Shown piece after piece: positions 12,415 through 25,038 of a stretch of DNA of 64,000 nucleotides. Under the pieces are notes generated by a model, which was given only the letters and a program-made list of their open reading frames with translations, had not been told where the DNA came from and searched no databases. Both the position numbers and the translations under genes were made by a program. Numbering within the stretch: the first letter of the stretch is position 1; each line of letters opens with the position of its first letter. Location: assembly GCF_009914755.1 (NCBI RefSeq), contig NC_060932.1; one strand, written 5' to 3'. The stretch comes from the human T2T-CHM13v2.0 reference genome, Homo sapiens.

Positions 12415-13582
12415 CTACTCTAAAAGTTATTTACCTCCTTTGATATTGTTTCATTATCGTTTTGTTTCTGTTCTACTGTTACTACATCCTATTAAAACTA
12501 ACCTGGTAGTTATATCTTTCTATTCTTCTTTTTCTATATCATTGTCCATTTTTAAAAAATCCCTTTTCAATCTCACAGGAATAATAAAAATGAATGCAAG
12601 ATATGTAAAATTAAGTTCCAAAAAAAATGAGACACTATACAACACAAAGATCTCCTAGAATATTACAAAAATTACAATATAGTTGATAGATTCTTGAAAT
12701 CATTTAAAAAGGGTGATGTTAGTAAACCCCAGATGCACACTTAGGTCTCTAACTTGACGTTGCTTACCTATGTATAGGTTTAGTAAACAGAAGAGTGACC
12801 TTTAAAAATGATATTTGAGAGGAAAAATACAAATTAACCACTGTGTGGTCATCAGAAGCCAGCGTGCAGCCAGGAGCTTACACCCACACACTCACCACCT
12901 CCACGGGATATACACAAGGCTGTAGCTCTTTGTGCTCTCCTTTGGTCACTCTGGGGACAAATTCTATTAACAGCTATGCCTTCAGTATGATCTTGGCTTG
13001 TGAGTACTGAACACCAACTTGTCCCTAGTAAGGGATTTTACTAGGTCAACATTCTAATTAGCGTCCAGATGGAAGGTGCCTGTTATTGTTGGCTTAGTTG
13101 TCTCTGTAATCCTGACAAACTAGTCGATTGAAGAGTACTGTTGATGTAGTGTATAGCAGCCTGTGGCTTTCTTTGAAAGGGTATATTAAAGCTGGATCCA
13201 GATTACAAATGTTTAACCTGGCAAACAGCACTATGACCTCTAAAACAAATATTGTGTCATTAATATAGCAGTGTCTACAGATGGAATTGGCAATGTAAAA
13301 TGTGCTGTCTGTAAACATTTTGAAATTGTATTTGAGGTCCTTAATTAACCCCATTAGGCTTACAGTTTGAAGCAACCACTCAATCAATATAAAACAACAA
13401 TTGAACAAACACAGAGATTCAGTTATTTTATATATTATAAATGCCCTGGAGTCGGTGGTTTTACATCAAATCTGATGTTATTCAAAAGTTATATTTTTTC
13501 CCCAAGAGGTCACATTTTATCATGTCAGGGCAAAACAAAATTCGGAATAACTGAACCCATCATTTACTCATGGAGTGAGTTT

Positions 13583-13680
13583 ATAGTTGGAAGTTACCTT
13601 AGAGCTCATCTATTCCAACCCCCTCAACTTACAGATGAGAAAACTGAGATCCAAAGTGGCTAAGTGACCCAGATACAAGT
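13583..13680 (-). mobile_element. MIR/MIR3 fragment
   Basis: CCTTAGAGCTCATCTATTCCAACCCCCTCAACTTACAGATGAGAAAACTGAGATCC. Confidence 0.75.
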
Positions 13681-14789
13681 TGAAATGAAGAACCACAATT
13701 GTACTATTATGCTCAATAAATTATCTACATATATATTAAGTATTTTAATCAATTGGTAAGAATTTCCTTTCCAGAATGAATGTAAGCTGATAATTGGTAT
13801 TTTAGCTCTGTGTTATCTAAAGTTACACTGCAGAAATAAACTATCATTATTTTTAAAACAAGAGATGGTGCATAAAAGTTCTAATCATCTGCAGACATAC
13901 ACATGTATTTGTTTTATATAGCTCTTTCCATCTGAGATTTATGTGTTGATTTTGTCCATGATTTCTCCATTGTTCAGACATGTTTTCTTCACTATGCTAA
14001 AAAATGTTAAGAGAGTCCTCTGGTTTCTTGTAGTAGTTATCCATTTGCATAACTTAGCATTTTTTGTGGCTCTGACTTATCTTCTGGGCTATTCATTCTT
14101 GGTCTGCTCTATCCTGGGCTAGTTGGTATCCAGCTGCAGTTTCCTAGCCAACCTAAAGTATGCCCCAAGATGTGAAGTTGTGCTTCATTTTTTTAAAGCA
14201 ATATTTCTTCTCTGCCTGCCCAATCTTCCTTACATTTGAAGGTCCACTTTATTTTATGATACAGCAACTATCTGAAGCTCTCCTGCCTAGCATTATTCAT
14301 AAATGTCTATGCGGAATGAGTTTTGTTGCAGTGGGCTTTGCTTCGACAATGTTTACCCAATTACAATTTAAATTCCTCTCACCACACATTCATTCATTTA
14401 TCATCTAGCCATTAAGAACAAAAACAAATGAAACATTAATGAAGATTTATACATTTTTGGTCAAAGTACAAACAGATTTAAAAATCACAAGTGAGTCATG
14501 AATTGGGGTGGGCGAGAAGACCATAGATTGTCTTGTAGGAAATGCACAAATACATACAAAAGCCTCAACCTCTGACTCCTTCTCTACATATCTCAACTTC
14601 CAGATATCATACTGCCTCATCTATTTTTTTGAATCAGTTTGAACAACAGTGATGTCAATATATTACTGCAAATATTGTTGAAAAGGCAGTACTTGGGAGA
14701 ATGTATTCTGGAGAAATACATGTTTCTCTAGATTTTCTCAATATCTGAGTACAGCAAAATAAACAGCTGAAAACCGAACAAACAACTAA

Positions 14790-15205
14790 AACAAACAAGG
14801 AAAAAGAAAGTTCTTGACTATAAGGAATTTTTCATTTAGAAGGAGAGGCAGAAAATCTGAAACACAATTATACTACAAAGACACATATGAATGCGAAGGT
14901 TGCTTACAGAGTGTGGAGGTGGAACTTCTTAAGGAAAAGGACATGTTAAACAGTAGGGTTTAACTACATGAAAAAAGGGGAAAAAGTATTCCATAAATCT
15001 ACAGCAGTATGTGCAAAGCTACAGAGCTATGAAGAGACATGGCATATGAATTCTGAGCAGTCAGCCTTGCTAAAGATGAGTGTATTAAGGGGGAGTAGGG
15101 AGAGTTAGGGATGGAGAGATGGGCATCACCAGGATAGCCTGGTGGACAATGCTAAGGAGTTTGAATTATATCCTGAAAGCAAATGAAAACAGTTGAAAGA
15201 GTATT
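14790..15205 (-). mobile_element. L2 fragment
   Basis: CAGCAGTATGTGCAAAG...GCTAAGGAGTTTGAATTATATCCTGAAAGCAAATG; diverged antisense L2. Confidence 0.6.
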
Positions 15206-15737
15206 AAACATCATTTTCTGATTATTTGAATTTTCTCATTTATAAAATATTTACTGTGGAAATATTTTATAAATATTGGGAAAATATTGGGAAATACAGA
15301 AAGCTATAAAGAGATTAAAATTATCCTATATCCACCAAAAATATCAATGTTCAAATATCTTCCTTTGAGTGTGTTATTCTGTTTAACTTTTATATAGTTA
15401 TATTAAATTTATAATATAATTTAAATCATTTTAAGATTTTCCCTATTATCTTAATATGTTGGCATTTTATTTTCCATTAAATATTTGTTGAAACCATAAC
15501 CTTTAGCATTTTGATGTATTGTTACCATAAAATTATTTCATCATAATTGGTGGTGGTTGTATCATTTCCAATTTATTATCATTATACAATAAGCAAGGCC
15601 CAGATGTCATCTGAGGGCTTCCTTGCCTTTAAGATCTTGGTAAGTATACCCAGATGACTGCTCCTTCCATGGCTCATGGGAGACTAAAACTGTCTCCATG
15701 ATTCCTGAGAATTCCTGGGGCTCTTTTTCTCTCAGAA

Positions 15738-16052
15738 CAGCAATTTTGCAATGTAGTCTTTCAGTGAGTCTGCAAGGTCAAAACTATTTTCATGGTATTA
15801 CTACAAAATCATGTGCCTTTTCATTCTCATTGTTTCACTAGTGTACAGGGAAGTTGTCCAGATGCTACATGACATGAGATGCCAGGTAATTGAATGTTTC
15901 CTTGTATAGACTTGGCTTTTAATTTTTTTCAAGTTTAATTTCGAATACAATAAAGATTAATAAATACAACCCACAGGAACAAAAGCCCATCGGGGTCCTC
16001 AATTCTTTTAAGTCTGTAAGGGCTCTTGAGACAGAAAGTTTGAGAACCACTA
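15738..16052. mobile_element. hAT-Charlie family DNA transposon relic
   Basis: Charlie-type terminus AAAGTTTGAGAACCACT and internal AGGTCAAAACTATTTTCAT; no clear TSD; subfamily uncertain. Confidence 0.7.
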
Positions 16053-17350
16053 GTGTAACAAGGTACTTTTTCAAAGCAAGAAATTTCTGTCTCTAAGAGT
16101 TAATATGATGTCAACTCCTAAGATAATAAGGGTTTATCCACACTAATGCATAACATTTTCATTTTGGACAGGAGTGAATGATGGAGGGTGTAGCACCCTC
16201 ATATTTCTGCTTTAGAAAGTTAGTGGAGAACATAGCAAATATGCAGAGAGGCCGATTACAAACCTATTATGTAAACTCGGTGGAAATGAATAAAGGAATG
16301 TCAGTGTGATTGCAGAGGAGCAGGATAAATGGGATGTAGGAACAAGGTGTATGCAGTTTTATTGTCTTCATGTTACAGACCAGAAAACAAGGGAATGAAG
16401 CCAAGTAAGTAGTGGCCAAGGTGGAACTTGAACTGGCTCTTCTGGCTCCAGGTCTCTCTTTTCTTCTGCTACCAGAACTCATCAAGGACTCACTGTCCTT
16501 GATAAAATACATTTATTGTTGGTATGGGCACAAAAGTGATGCAAATCTAACAACTCTTTCTCAAAGCCTTGTGAAACTTAACTCACTATTTTAGAACCCT
16601 CCACAACATGTTCACTTACTCATGGATGCTATCTACATGGGCCAGTTAGTTTGACGTAGTTCTCATTCATTCCCTTTCTCTTCTCTCTTTCTCTTTCTGT
16701 GTCTCTGTCTCTCTTTCTTTTTATTTATTTGTCATTATCACTGCTTATGTAGCAATATTCAGTGATGGTCATGAGTGAAGCCCATTGGTTTTGCATGTTT
16801 AATCTTTTGAAAACATCTTTGGATTTTTATCGCTATCCAAAGCTTATGTCTGTTCTTTGAGAACAATCCTTTGCAGAAGAAAACATGAACAAGTGTGGCC
16901 TTGTTCAGCAAAATTTTGTAGGAGTAATAATTATGAGGTCTGGCAGCTCTTAGAGCTGGAAAGTCACCTTCAAATATTAGTTTGTGGTTTCTTGGTTAGG
17001 GTAGTTCTTTACAGTGATGTGGAAGCTATTGAGTTGACTTGAACTTTATGAAGAAAACAAAAGATATTAAGTTATGTCCACAGAATACTAAGCACTTGTC
17101 ACTATGCTGCTCTTTTTGAAGGAACATCTTCTTCTGAAGTTTTAATTATCCAGTCATTATTTTCATTTAATTATTTTTCCATTGAATTATTAAGAGTAAG
17201 GGGAAACTCTGAGATGCTGCATTTGTTCTGTTCTATAGTTCTGACCTATAGTAAAAAATATTTGCAAAAACTATAATGTCTTTATGTCCAACTTTATTAA
17301 AGTTTATAGTTAGTAACATTATTAAACATAGTTTAAATAGTATATTTCTG

Positions 17351-17495
17351 GAGAAGAAAGAAGGGAGAAAGAAAGAAAGAAAAGAAAGAAAGAAAGAAAA
17401 GAAAAAGAAGAGAGGGAGGGAGGAAGGGAAGGGAAGGGAAGGAAGGAAGAAAGGAAGGAAGCAAGGAAGGAAGGAAGAAGCAAGCAAGGAAGAAA
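17351..17495. repeat. GA-rich compound microsatellite (GAAA/GGAA/GGGAA)
   Basis: Directly visible purine tract. Confidence 0.95.
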
Positions 17496-18534
17496 ATATT
17501 TTCAAAAGCTCATAAAAATCTAAGGATTGCAGAGAAAGAGAAATATGTTTACATTTTCATTTTTTCTTAATATATTCTATTCTTTCCAGGATTTCTCAGA
17601 ATGAACATGTGCATGAAATGAGAACTTACACATTGTCATATTTCTCAGTATGGGTAATTATGGAAACTACATCTTTATCATCACAAAGCAAATGGAGTTG
17701 AAAATGAGGTAGTAACATCAAGAAAATGAGAAAACTGGAAAATTTCATTTTCTTATTACACTGCAAAGCACAATGCCCAACAAAAACGCTATAGATCACT
17801 GGGAAAATCATGGCTGAAAATACAGAAATAATTTTTTCATAGGGGGGAAATGCATTTATCCATTTCCACCATTCTCCTTTCATTTCAAGAGCTCTTGATA
17901 CTTTTCCAGAATCTTTTTCAGATAGGATATTTTTTGTTTGAATATGAAATCAAATTTTACTTCAAGTCTAATTGTTCATGGTCCAACTTCTTTTGTCCTA
18001 CATAAGGGAAGTTCTTTATAAGCTTCCTAATAAAATCTTATTTCCCATGAATACTACCTCCAGACTCAACATAGAAGACATATAAATGCTGGAAATGCTA
18101 TGGTTTGGAACAAAAGTCTCTCTAGTCCAAACACACACAGTAGAAGCAAAGAAATATAAGATAGCATGCCAGGCACTTTTCCTGTTCTTAGCCTGGAACT
18201 CGAACTACTGTTATACAAACACTCTTAAACTCCCTGAGGGTATGTCTTATGCCTATGATGGTAGCAGAGGGGGATATTGAAGAGAAATCAGAGATAAACT
18301 TGGATATCTAGTCCTGAGCTATAAATAGGTATAACAGTAAGATTATTTCAAACATTACAATGATTCTTATCAGATTTTGAGATAAATTTTGAAAAGTTAT
18401 AATTTAGAAAACATGTCTCTCAGCTTTGTCTAAGGAAGAGGTCCACAGAGTTTCTGATCATTTCAATTTGAGGTGCATACACAGGTGCTGGCTCTGTGAG
18501 GAACAAGTCCTGGTCCTGGGACAGAAAAGTTGCG

Positions 18535-18712
18535 ATCGCACTCACCACTCTAGCACGTACTATGTATTTACTTGTTTATATGTGTATTTCCCGTTTCCAC
18601 GCTCCAAAATAGAAACACTATGGCAAAGACTTTATCTGCTTTGTTCACTGCTAGAGAATACCTTCTGGCACATAGTAGGTGCTTCACGATTATTTCTTAA
18701 AACAATAAGTAA
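18535..18712 (+). mobile_element. L2 3' end
   Basis: TTTGTTCACTGCT...TGGCACATAGTAGGTGCTTCA. Confidence 0.75.
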
Positions 18713-19289
18713 ACTGATTTGCCACTTAGTAGCTCAAGCTCTTTGCTTCTTCACCCCCCTTCCATTGTCTAGGTTTATTTATTTTTTAAAAATTTTCATT
18801 GGCATACTCCTTACAATCTACATTGTAAATACAAACTGGGAGCAATAAGTAGCCACCTCACTTAGTGGATTCACTATTTACATCCTTCATTTTAGCATAT
18901 TTTGTTTTCTAGGTCATGAGAAATACTCACTGCTGCCCTAGAGAAGCTTCCAATGGGTGCCTGGCCTATGCCACTTGTTTGGAAGGGTGTGAAGGAGAGT
19001 CCACGTCTCTCCTTGTGAGGGGCACTCTCAGGGCAGTAGTGGAGTCTGCATGACAGGGTCTCTCACTGCAATCTCCCATGAGCCTTGTGCTCTGTGACAT
19101 GGAGCAGTACCGTGAGCCTTGCCAAGCTTTGGGATTTTCCCTGTTTTCCTACCCACACCCCTGCCGCAGAAAAATCTATTTCTTCCAGTTCCCTCTGTTC
19201 AGATTCTACTGTTCCTTTAAATCTAACTGAAAACTGATTTCAGGAAGTCTTTTCTGATAGTCTCCATGTAGGTCATTTTTGTTTTGTAA

Positions 19290-19622
19290 TTTTTTTTTTT
19301 TTTTTTTTTTTTGAGAAACAGCCTTGCTCTGCCACCCAGGCTGTAGTGCAGTGGCCGGATCTCGGCTCACTGCTACCTCCGCCTCCCGATTCTCCTCACC
19401 ACAACCTCTCACCTCTGTTCAAGCGATTCTCCTAATTCATCCTCTCGGGTAGCTGGGATTACAGTCACCCACGACCACACCCGGCTAATTTTTGTATTTG
19501 TTAGTAGAGTCAGGGTTTCGCCATGTTGGCCAGGCTGGTCTCGAACTCCTGACCTCAGGTGATCCACCTGCCTTAGTCTCCCAAAGTGCTGGGTTTACAG
19601 GTGTGAGCCACAGTGCCCGGCC
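19290..19622 (-). mobile_element. AluS (Sx/Sz-like) with an internal insertion of about 28 bp
   Basis: Poly(T), both arms, TGACCTCAGGTGATCC diagnostic; extra sequence at 19389-19416. Confidence 0.95.
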
Positions 19623-20223
19623 TGTTTTTATGATTTTTCTATACCTCACAGCACTTTATCTGTACCTCTCAAATGGTTATGTTCTCCTTTCATCAACACA
19701 TAACATTGTTTATGTGCATTCCTTGTATTGTACCAAGATCCTTGAAGGGAGGAAAACATCTGCATATCTTTTGGTACATGAGCAACATCTGTGTTCTCAT
19801 GGAGTTTAGATACTAGTGAGGATTTATAATTAAGCAGATAAAGTAATAAGAAAAAATATGTCAGGTATTGGCAAGTGCTTCACAGAGAATGAAAACAAGT
19901 TGGCATGACAAAGGGTCACATGTTATAAAGGGTCAAGGTGGTAATACTGGAGCTGAAGTCTGAATGGGAGAAATCAACCAGCTCCAGACAGACCCTGAAG
20001 CAGAGGGTTCTAGATGGGAAACAAGTCCTGTCCTGCCAGGCCTTCTACAGGAACACACTTGGTGGTAAAGAATTGGAAACAAACAAAAAAAGAGCTTCTG
20101 GCTGGAGCACCTCCATGAGAAGGAGGCTAAGCTAGTATGAAGTGTGAGGTTAACAGGGATCAGATTATGCGGGGCGCTGTAAGGCAAGATAAGGAGTTTA
20201 CATTTTATTCTAAGAGTGAATGG

Positions 20224-20453
20224 TACCAGGTGTGCTGGCTCATGACTGTAATCCCAGCATTTTGGGAGGCCAAGGCAGGAGGATTGCTTGAGCCCAGGAG
20301 GTCAAGGCTGTAGTGAGCTGGGATCGTGTCACTGCAGCACTTCTACCTGGGTGCCTGAGTGACAGAACAAGACCCTGCCAAAAAAAAAAAAAAGAAAGAA
20401 AGAAAAAGAAAGAAAAGAAAGAAAGGAAAGGAAAGAAAAGAAAGAAGGAAGGA

Positions 20454-20501
<48 letters not shown>

Positions 20502-20503
20502 AA
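20224..20503 (+). mobile_element. Alu monomer (FRAM/FAM-like or collapsed AluJ) with (GAAA)n tail
   Basis: Single arm: GGCTCATGACTGTAATCCCAGC...GGATTGCTTGAGCCCAGGAGGTCAAGGCTG...GACCCTGCC, then A/GAAA tail 20380-20503. Confidence 0.9.
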
Positions 20504-20644
20504 ACCTAATGCCATAAGTGATATCCATCATTTTATTTTTTATTTATTTAAATAATATAAATAAAAAATAAATTAAAAGAGTAAAGGGAAGTCCTCTGAG
20601 GGGTCTAAGCTGGGTAAAGATGTAATAAGATTTGTTTTCTTAAT

Positions 20645-20748
20645 TTCCTTCCTTCCTTCTTTTCTTCCTTTCTTCCTTCCTTCCTTCCTTCCTTCCTTCC
20701 TTCCTTCCTTCCTTCCCTCCCTCCCTTCCTGTCTCTCTCCCTCCCTTC
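20645..20748. repeat. (TTCC)n microsatellite
   Basis: Directly visible. Confidence 0.95.
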
Positions 20749-21059
20749 ATTTCATTTTGCCTGTTTGTGTATTTTGTAAACATTCTGACTGCTCTGTGGA
20801 GAATGAACAGTAAGGGGTGTCCGAAGCAGACCTGGCAGGAAGCTATTGCAGTGCCTTCTTTGTGGCTCTACCAGTTCCTGACGCATAGCAGTGCTTGATG
20901 CAGTAAACAGTTAAAAGCGAGGGCAATTTGATGATCATGTAATGCTGTTTAACAACAGCACACCAATGTTTGCCTTCTTGAGGCACAATGGGCTCTTCCA
21001 GACAAACAAATAGTGAAAATGAGATGCAGTGTGTGTTATTGCATGTGTTTCCCACTACA

Positions 21060-21197
21060 AAACACTCCATAAGGACACGGACTTTTGTTGGTTTTGTTTA
21101 CTGACATATCCCAAGTGCCTGGGAAAGTTTATGGCACTTAGTGGGTGGGCTCAACTTATTTTCAATGCAACTAACATTCGTTAGTTGAATTAATGAA
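21060..21197 (+). mobile_element. L2 3' end
   Basis: CTCCATAAGGACACGGACTTTTG...TATCCCAAGTGCCTGG...TGGCACTTAGTGGG...GTTGAATTAATGAA. Confidence 0.7.
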
Positions 21198-23782
21198 AGC
21201 ATATATTTTTGCCCTGTTATTTTCTGAACCTTCTTTCCATTGGCTTCTGACAACTTCTTTAATTTACCAAATGGAGCTAAAATGGGTACAAAGGGTAGGA
21301 AAGTTATTGGAACAATACCCCTGCCTCCCAGCCCATAATAGTGATATGCTCCCCACAATGGCTAGATCAAGTCTCACAGCATCTTTTGCATTTGTGTATT
21401 AAGGTTTCTGTTAGCTTAGGCAATGAATAAATGTGTTTATTTTTCATATTTTATTGTTTTTATTTCAATGACTACTATTTTCTTTTTTCTTCTATTGTTT
21501 TTAACATCCTTTCCATAAATCTCTCTCCTAGGCATTTTCTAAGGTTCTTCTCTTCCTTGTTTTTAATTTCCTTCCTCCTCTTCCTCCTCCTCCTTCTCTC
21601 CCATTTCCTTTTCCACTCCCTCCTCTCTTCCTCTCCAGTCAAGTCCAGCAGCTTCAAAGAGACTTGATTAGTTCCATATTTTCATTAGGAAGTGCTTTTT
21701 AGAAGTAGTGATTACAGAGAAAACCAAGGCTGCACATTGTTAATATGCTTCATTCTGTTTGGAGCTTTGCTAGAACTGTTTCTTGTTTAATACTAACAAA
21801 TCTAACTTTAAGCTTGGGCAACTAGCAAAATCAATTATGTAGAAGATGTCAGCAGGTAAAGGGATGCAGCTATAATGATGATAAGGGAATTAAGTGGTTC
21901 AAGGAAGCTCTATATTCAAAGCAATTCACCCCAAAACAGTTTTGTCTTAAAATAGCAACATCTATAGTGTACCTACTGTGTGCAGGGTATTATATTCAAA
22001 ATAATTGTGTATGCTTATAAGTTTAATTTTATTGTTCACTGCTTTATAACTATCATTTTAAAATTTAATTCTTTTGCTTGTCATCACCTACAAATAGGAG
22101 ACATTATTTTAAAGGCACAATTCATATAGGTAAATGTAACACACACTCATGTGTGTACACTCAGAGACATGGCCTTAAAAAAAGGAAAAATTGAGAGTGA
22201 ATAATATCAAAGGGACAGAAAAAGAGAGAATAAAAACATTTGAAATGCCAGAATCATTTCTGTAGGGAAATATTTTTTTAATCTGATTTCTATAATAATT
22301 AGTGGAGGTAGAAGATGGAATTATTTAATCTTTCAGGGTAAAACTTATCAGGTGTCAGTAAATTAAGAAGTGGATCATGAAGCTACTGTCAAAGAGAACT
22401 GGTAGATTATCAATTTTATAAGCCACATGGCTACTACCATGAGGCTTGGTGGGAGTGCTTATCAGGGAGCAAGTGGACAAAATCTGAGGGGACAGAATAC
22501 ATGGATCACAGGTGACCAGCAAGGAAGAAAGTTATCCATTCCAGGAAGGAGGCAGCTGTCTAAATCAGTATGGCCAAGAAACACATTTGGATTTCAGTCC
22601 AACCCAAGCTGATGTTGCTACTTGGGGCTACTGATTTGAGAGAAGAGGGTGTGGTATCAGGAGGATTCATTGATTAGCCATGTTCAGATGCTCTGGCACC
22701 TCTTCCTGAGAAGAATACTAGAAATAGTCCCGAGGGAAAGAGGGAAGAGGAGCAGAGGGAGAGGTCTGTGTATCTACTTATGAGATGGGGCTTAGGCCTG
22801 GACACTACTCCAAACCAAATCTAAAATAAACAACACTAGGAATGAAGGTGGAAATTGAGTAGGACATAATGATCCAAATTAATATGGATCATGCAGAGAA
22901 GCTATAATTGATGCTCTCACAGGTAATCTGGGATTGAATCTTTGTTGCCACAACTACCCTCTAAACATATTTGGTCTAGAAACAGCACGCTATTTCCAGA
23001 CTCATTTCAGCAGTAAAAAGGAGACCCACATATTTAATCAGCTCTGATTTACATCAGAGCGGTGCTCTGCCTTCAACCAGATGGTCATTATCATTTGCAG
23101 GTGGCCAGGGCTGACAAACACAGAGGCTTGATATTTCTCTCACGAAAGGATTGTTGTAGAATCAACCATAAGCAAGTGCACAGAGGGAGATTGTTATTCT
23201 TTGACTAAGTAGTATGGTTGCGGTGGGGAGAAGTTTGGGACTGGGGCTAGAGCTAGGAAGTCCAACAGTGGGGCCATGAGTGAATGAGAAAAGCATGTGA
23301 TGTGGGAAATGAACAGATTTGAAGAAATAAACTGTCCTCTTCCCACAGTGATTGGGTGAAGCTGTGACTTAAAATTCCCCTCCCAAAAAGACATGGTGAG
23401 GGTAATTACACCTCAAACAAGAGGGAACAGACATCCCCAGGGTGCAGAGGACTGAGAAATCTCCTTCGTATCATCCCAGGCATTTGTCCCAGAATGAACT
23501 TCCTTTGTATCCTCAAACTGAATTTCTGTCTTAATATCCCAGTCTATGAGGGGACTAGGATCTGGAATAGTTTCTGAACATCTCTCAGAAAAAAAATAGT
23601 GACATTAAAGAATTGTTATAACCTTTAGTTATGTCTCTCAAAACTGAAGATTATTAAAGCTCTTTATATAATCTGATGAAAAGGTACACCAGTGAGGCCA
23701 AGCAGGCAGCTAATTTCTTCCTTGTAGTGGGGGGAAAAAACAAATTCTTCCTTAAACTTAACATAAGGATTACTTTCAGCCT

Positions 23783-24730
23783 TCTTTATTGTGAAATATC
23801 ACACTTGATCTTAGCCAAGAGGCCAGGAAGCAATATGAAATATACATACAAATTAATGTATATATTATGTGCATTTTGTACATATACATACATGTGTTTA
23901 TGCATGCATAGTCTAAATAGTAAAAGTGCTAACACCTATTATCCCCACCCTTAAGAAATAACTTAAGAAACAGAATATTATTCAGAGGTCACCTCTATCC
24001 TGAATTGTTCACAATTCATTTGCTTATATGTACCATATGTATATATCTCTTAGCAATAAACTCCTTTGCATTGCCAATTTTTTACTTTACGTAAAGAAAA
24101 TGCTTTAGTATGAATTCTTTTGCTGAACATTATGAGCATTTTTATTAGTCAACATTATGCTTTTAAGATTCATCCATGTTGATGCCTCTAGCTATGATCC
24201 CTTCCATGTCACAGTTGCTTCACATACCATGCTGGGAATACTTTGTCACCTGTTTATGCATTCCCATGATGGACATTTGGCTTATTTCTTTTTTATTATG
24301 GTTATGAAGAATAATGCTGCTCTGAGTATTTTCTTACATGCTTCCTTGTGTTCATGTGAAATATTTCCTCGTAAGCTAAGAGTCAAATTGCTGGTCACAG
24401 GATGTATATGCCTTTGTTTTACCTGATAATGCCAAATTGCTTCCTAAGTGGTAGTTCAATTTGTATTCCCCAAAGTGGTGCATGAGTTACCTTTGATCCA
24501 CATTTAATAAATTCTCGTCTCATCCACACTTAATATTGACAGATTCTTAATTAATTTTTCAATCTGCTGTGTATAATAGTATTTCATTATCATTTAATTT
24601 GCAGTCTCGATTATTCTACATCTTTTATTATCATAAGGCTGAGCATCTGTTAGTATTTTTGTCATAAACACATTCTCCTATATTTTGCCTAAAAGTTTCT
24701 AAGATCGCCTTTTTATATTTAAGCCCTTGA
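23783..24730 (-). mobile_element. Old L1M (L1ME-like) 3' region
   Basis: AGATTCATCCATGTTGATG...GATGGACATTTGG...AATAATGCTGCT...GATAATGCCAAATTGC. Confidence 0.75.
23801..23834 (-). pseudogene. 3'-truncated U2 snRNA retropseudogene (about nt 1-34)
   Basis: Reverse complement ATTGCTTCCTGGCCTCTTGGCTAAGATCAAGTGT vs U2 5' end ATCGCTTCTCGGCCTTTTGGCTAAGATCAAGTGT (30/34); flanked by (G/A)TGAAATAT direct repeats at 23791-23799 and 23835-23843. Confidence 0.9.
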
Positions 24731-25038
24731 TTGCTTATCTAGTTGTAATTTATTTTTTTACTCACCCTTCAAATTCCACATTAAAATAGCTCAGAGTGAA
24801 ACTTTAGAATTCAAACATCATATCAGTAGTCTTTATCAAGCTTCTAAACAATGCGTCAGTCATTTCTACATTACATGTGCAAAATGGCATCTGGCCTTGG
24901 CTTGGTTGCTTGCAGTGACAGGGAGCTCATTATTTCAACAATTATAAAGTTCTTCTTATAGATTTGTTGATTTCTGTCTTTGTGTAAATCCCAACAATTT
25001 ACTAGAGTTTTTATTTCTGGAGAAATCCCAAAGAAGGC

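Larger units (their letters stand above)
19770..20860 (-). mobile_element. L2 fragment interrupted by an Alu monomer and microsatellites
   Basis: CTCATGGAGTTTAGATACTAGTG...GATAAGGAGTTTACATTTTATTCTAAGAGTGAATGG resumes at 20577 as AAGAGTAAAGGGAAGTC...GAGGGTCTAAGC. Confidence 0.7.
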
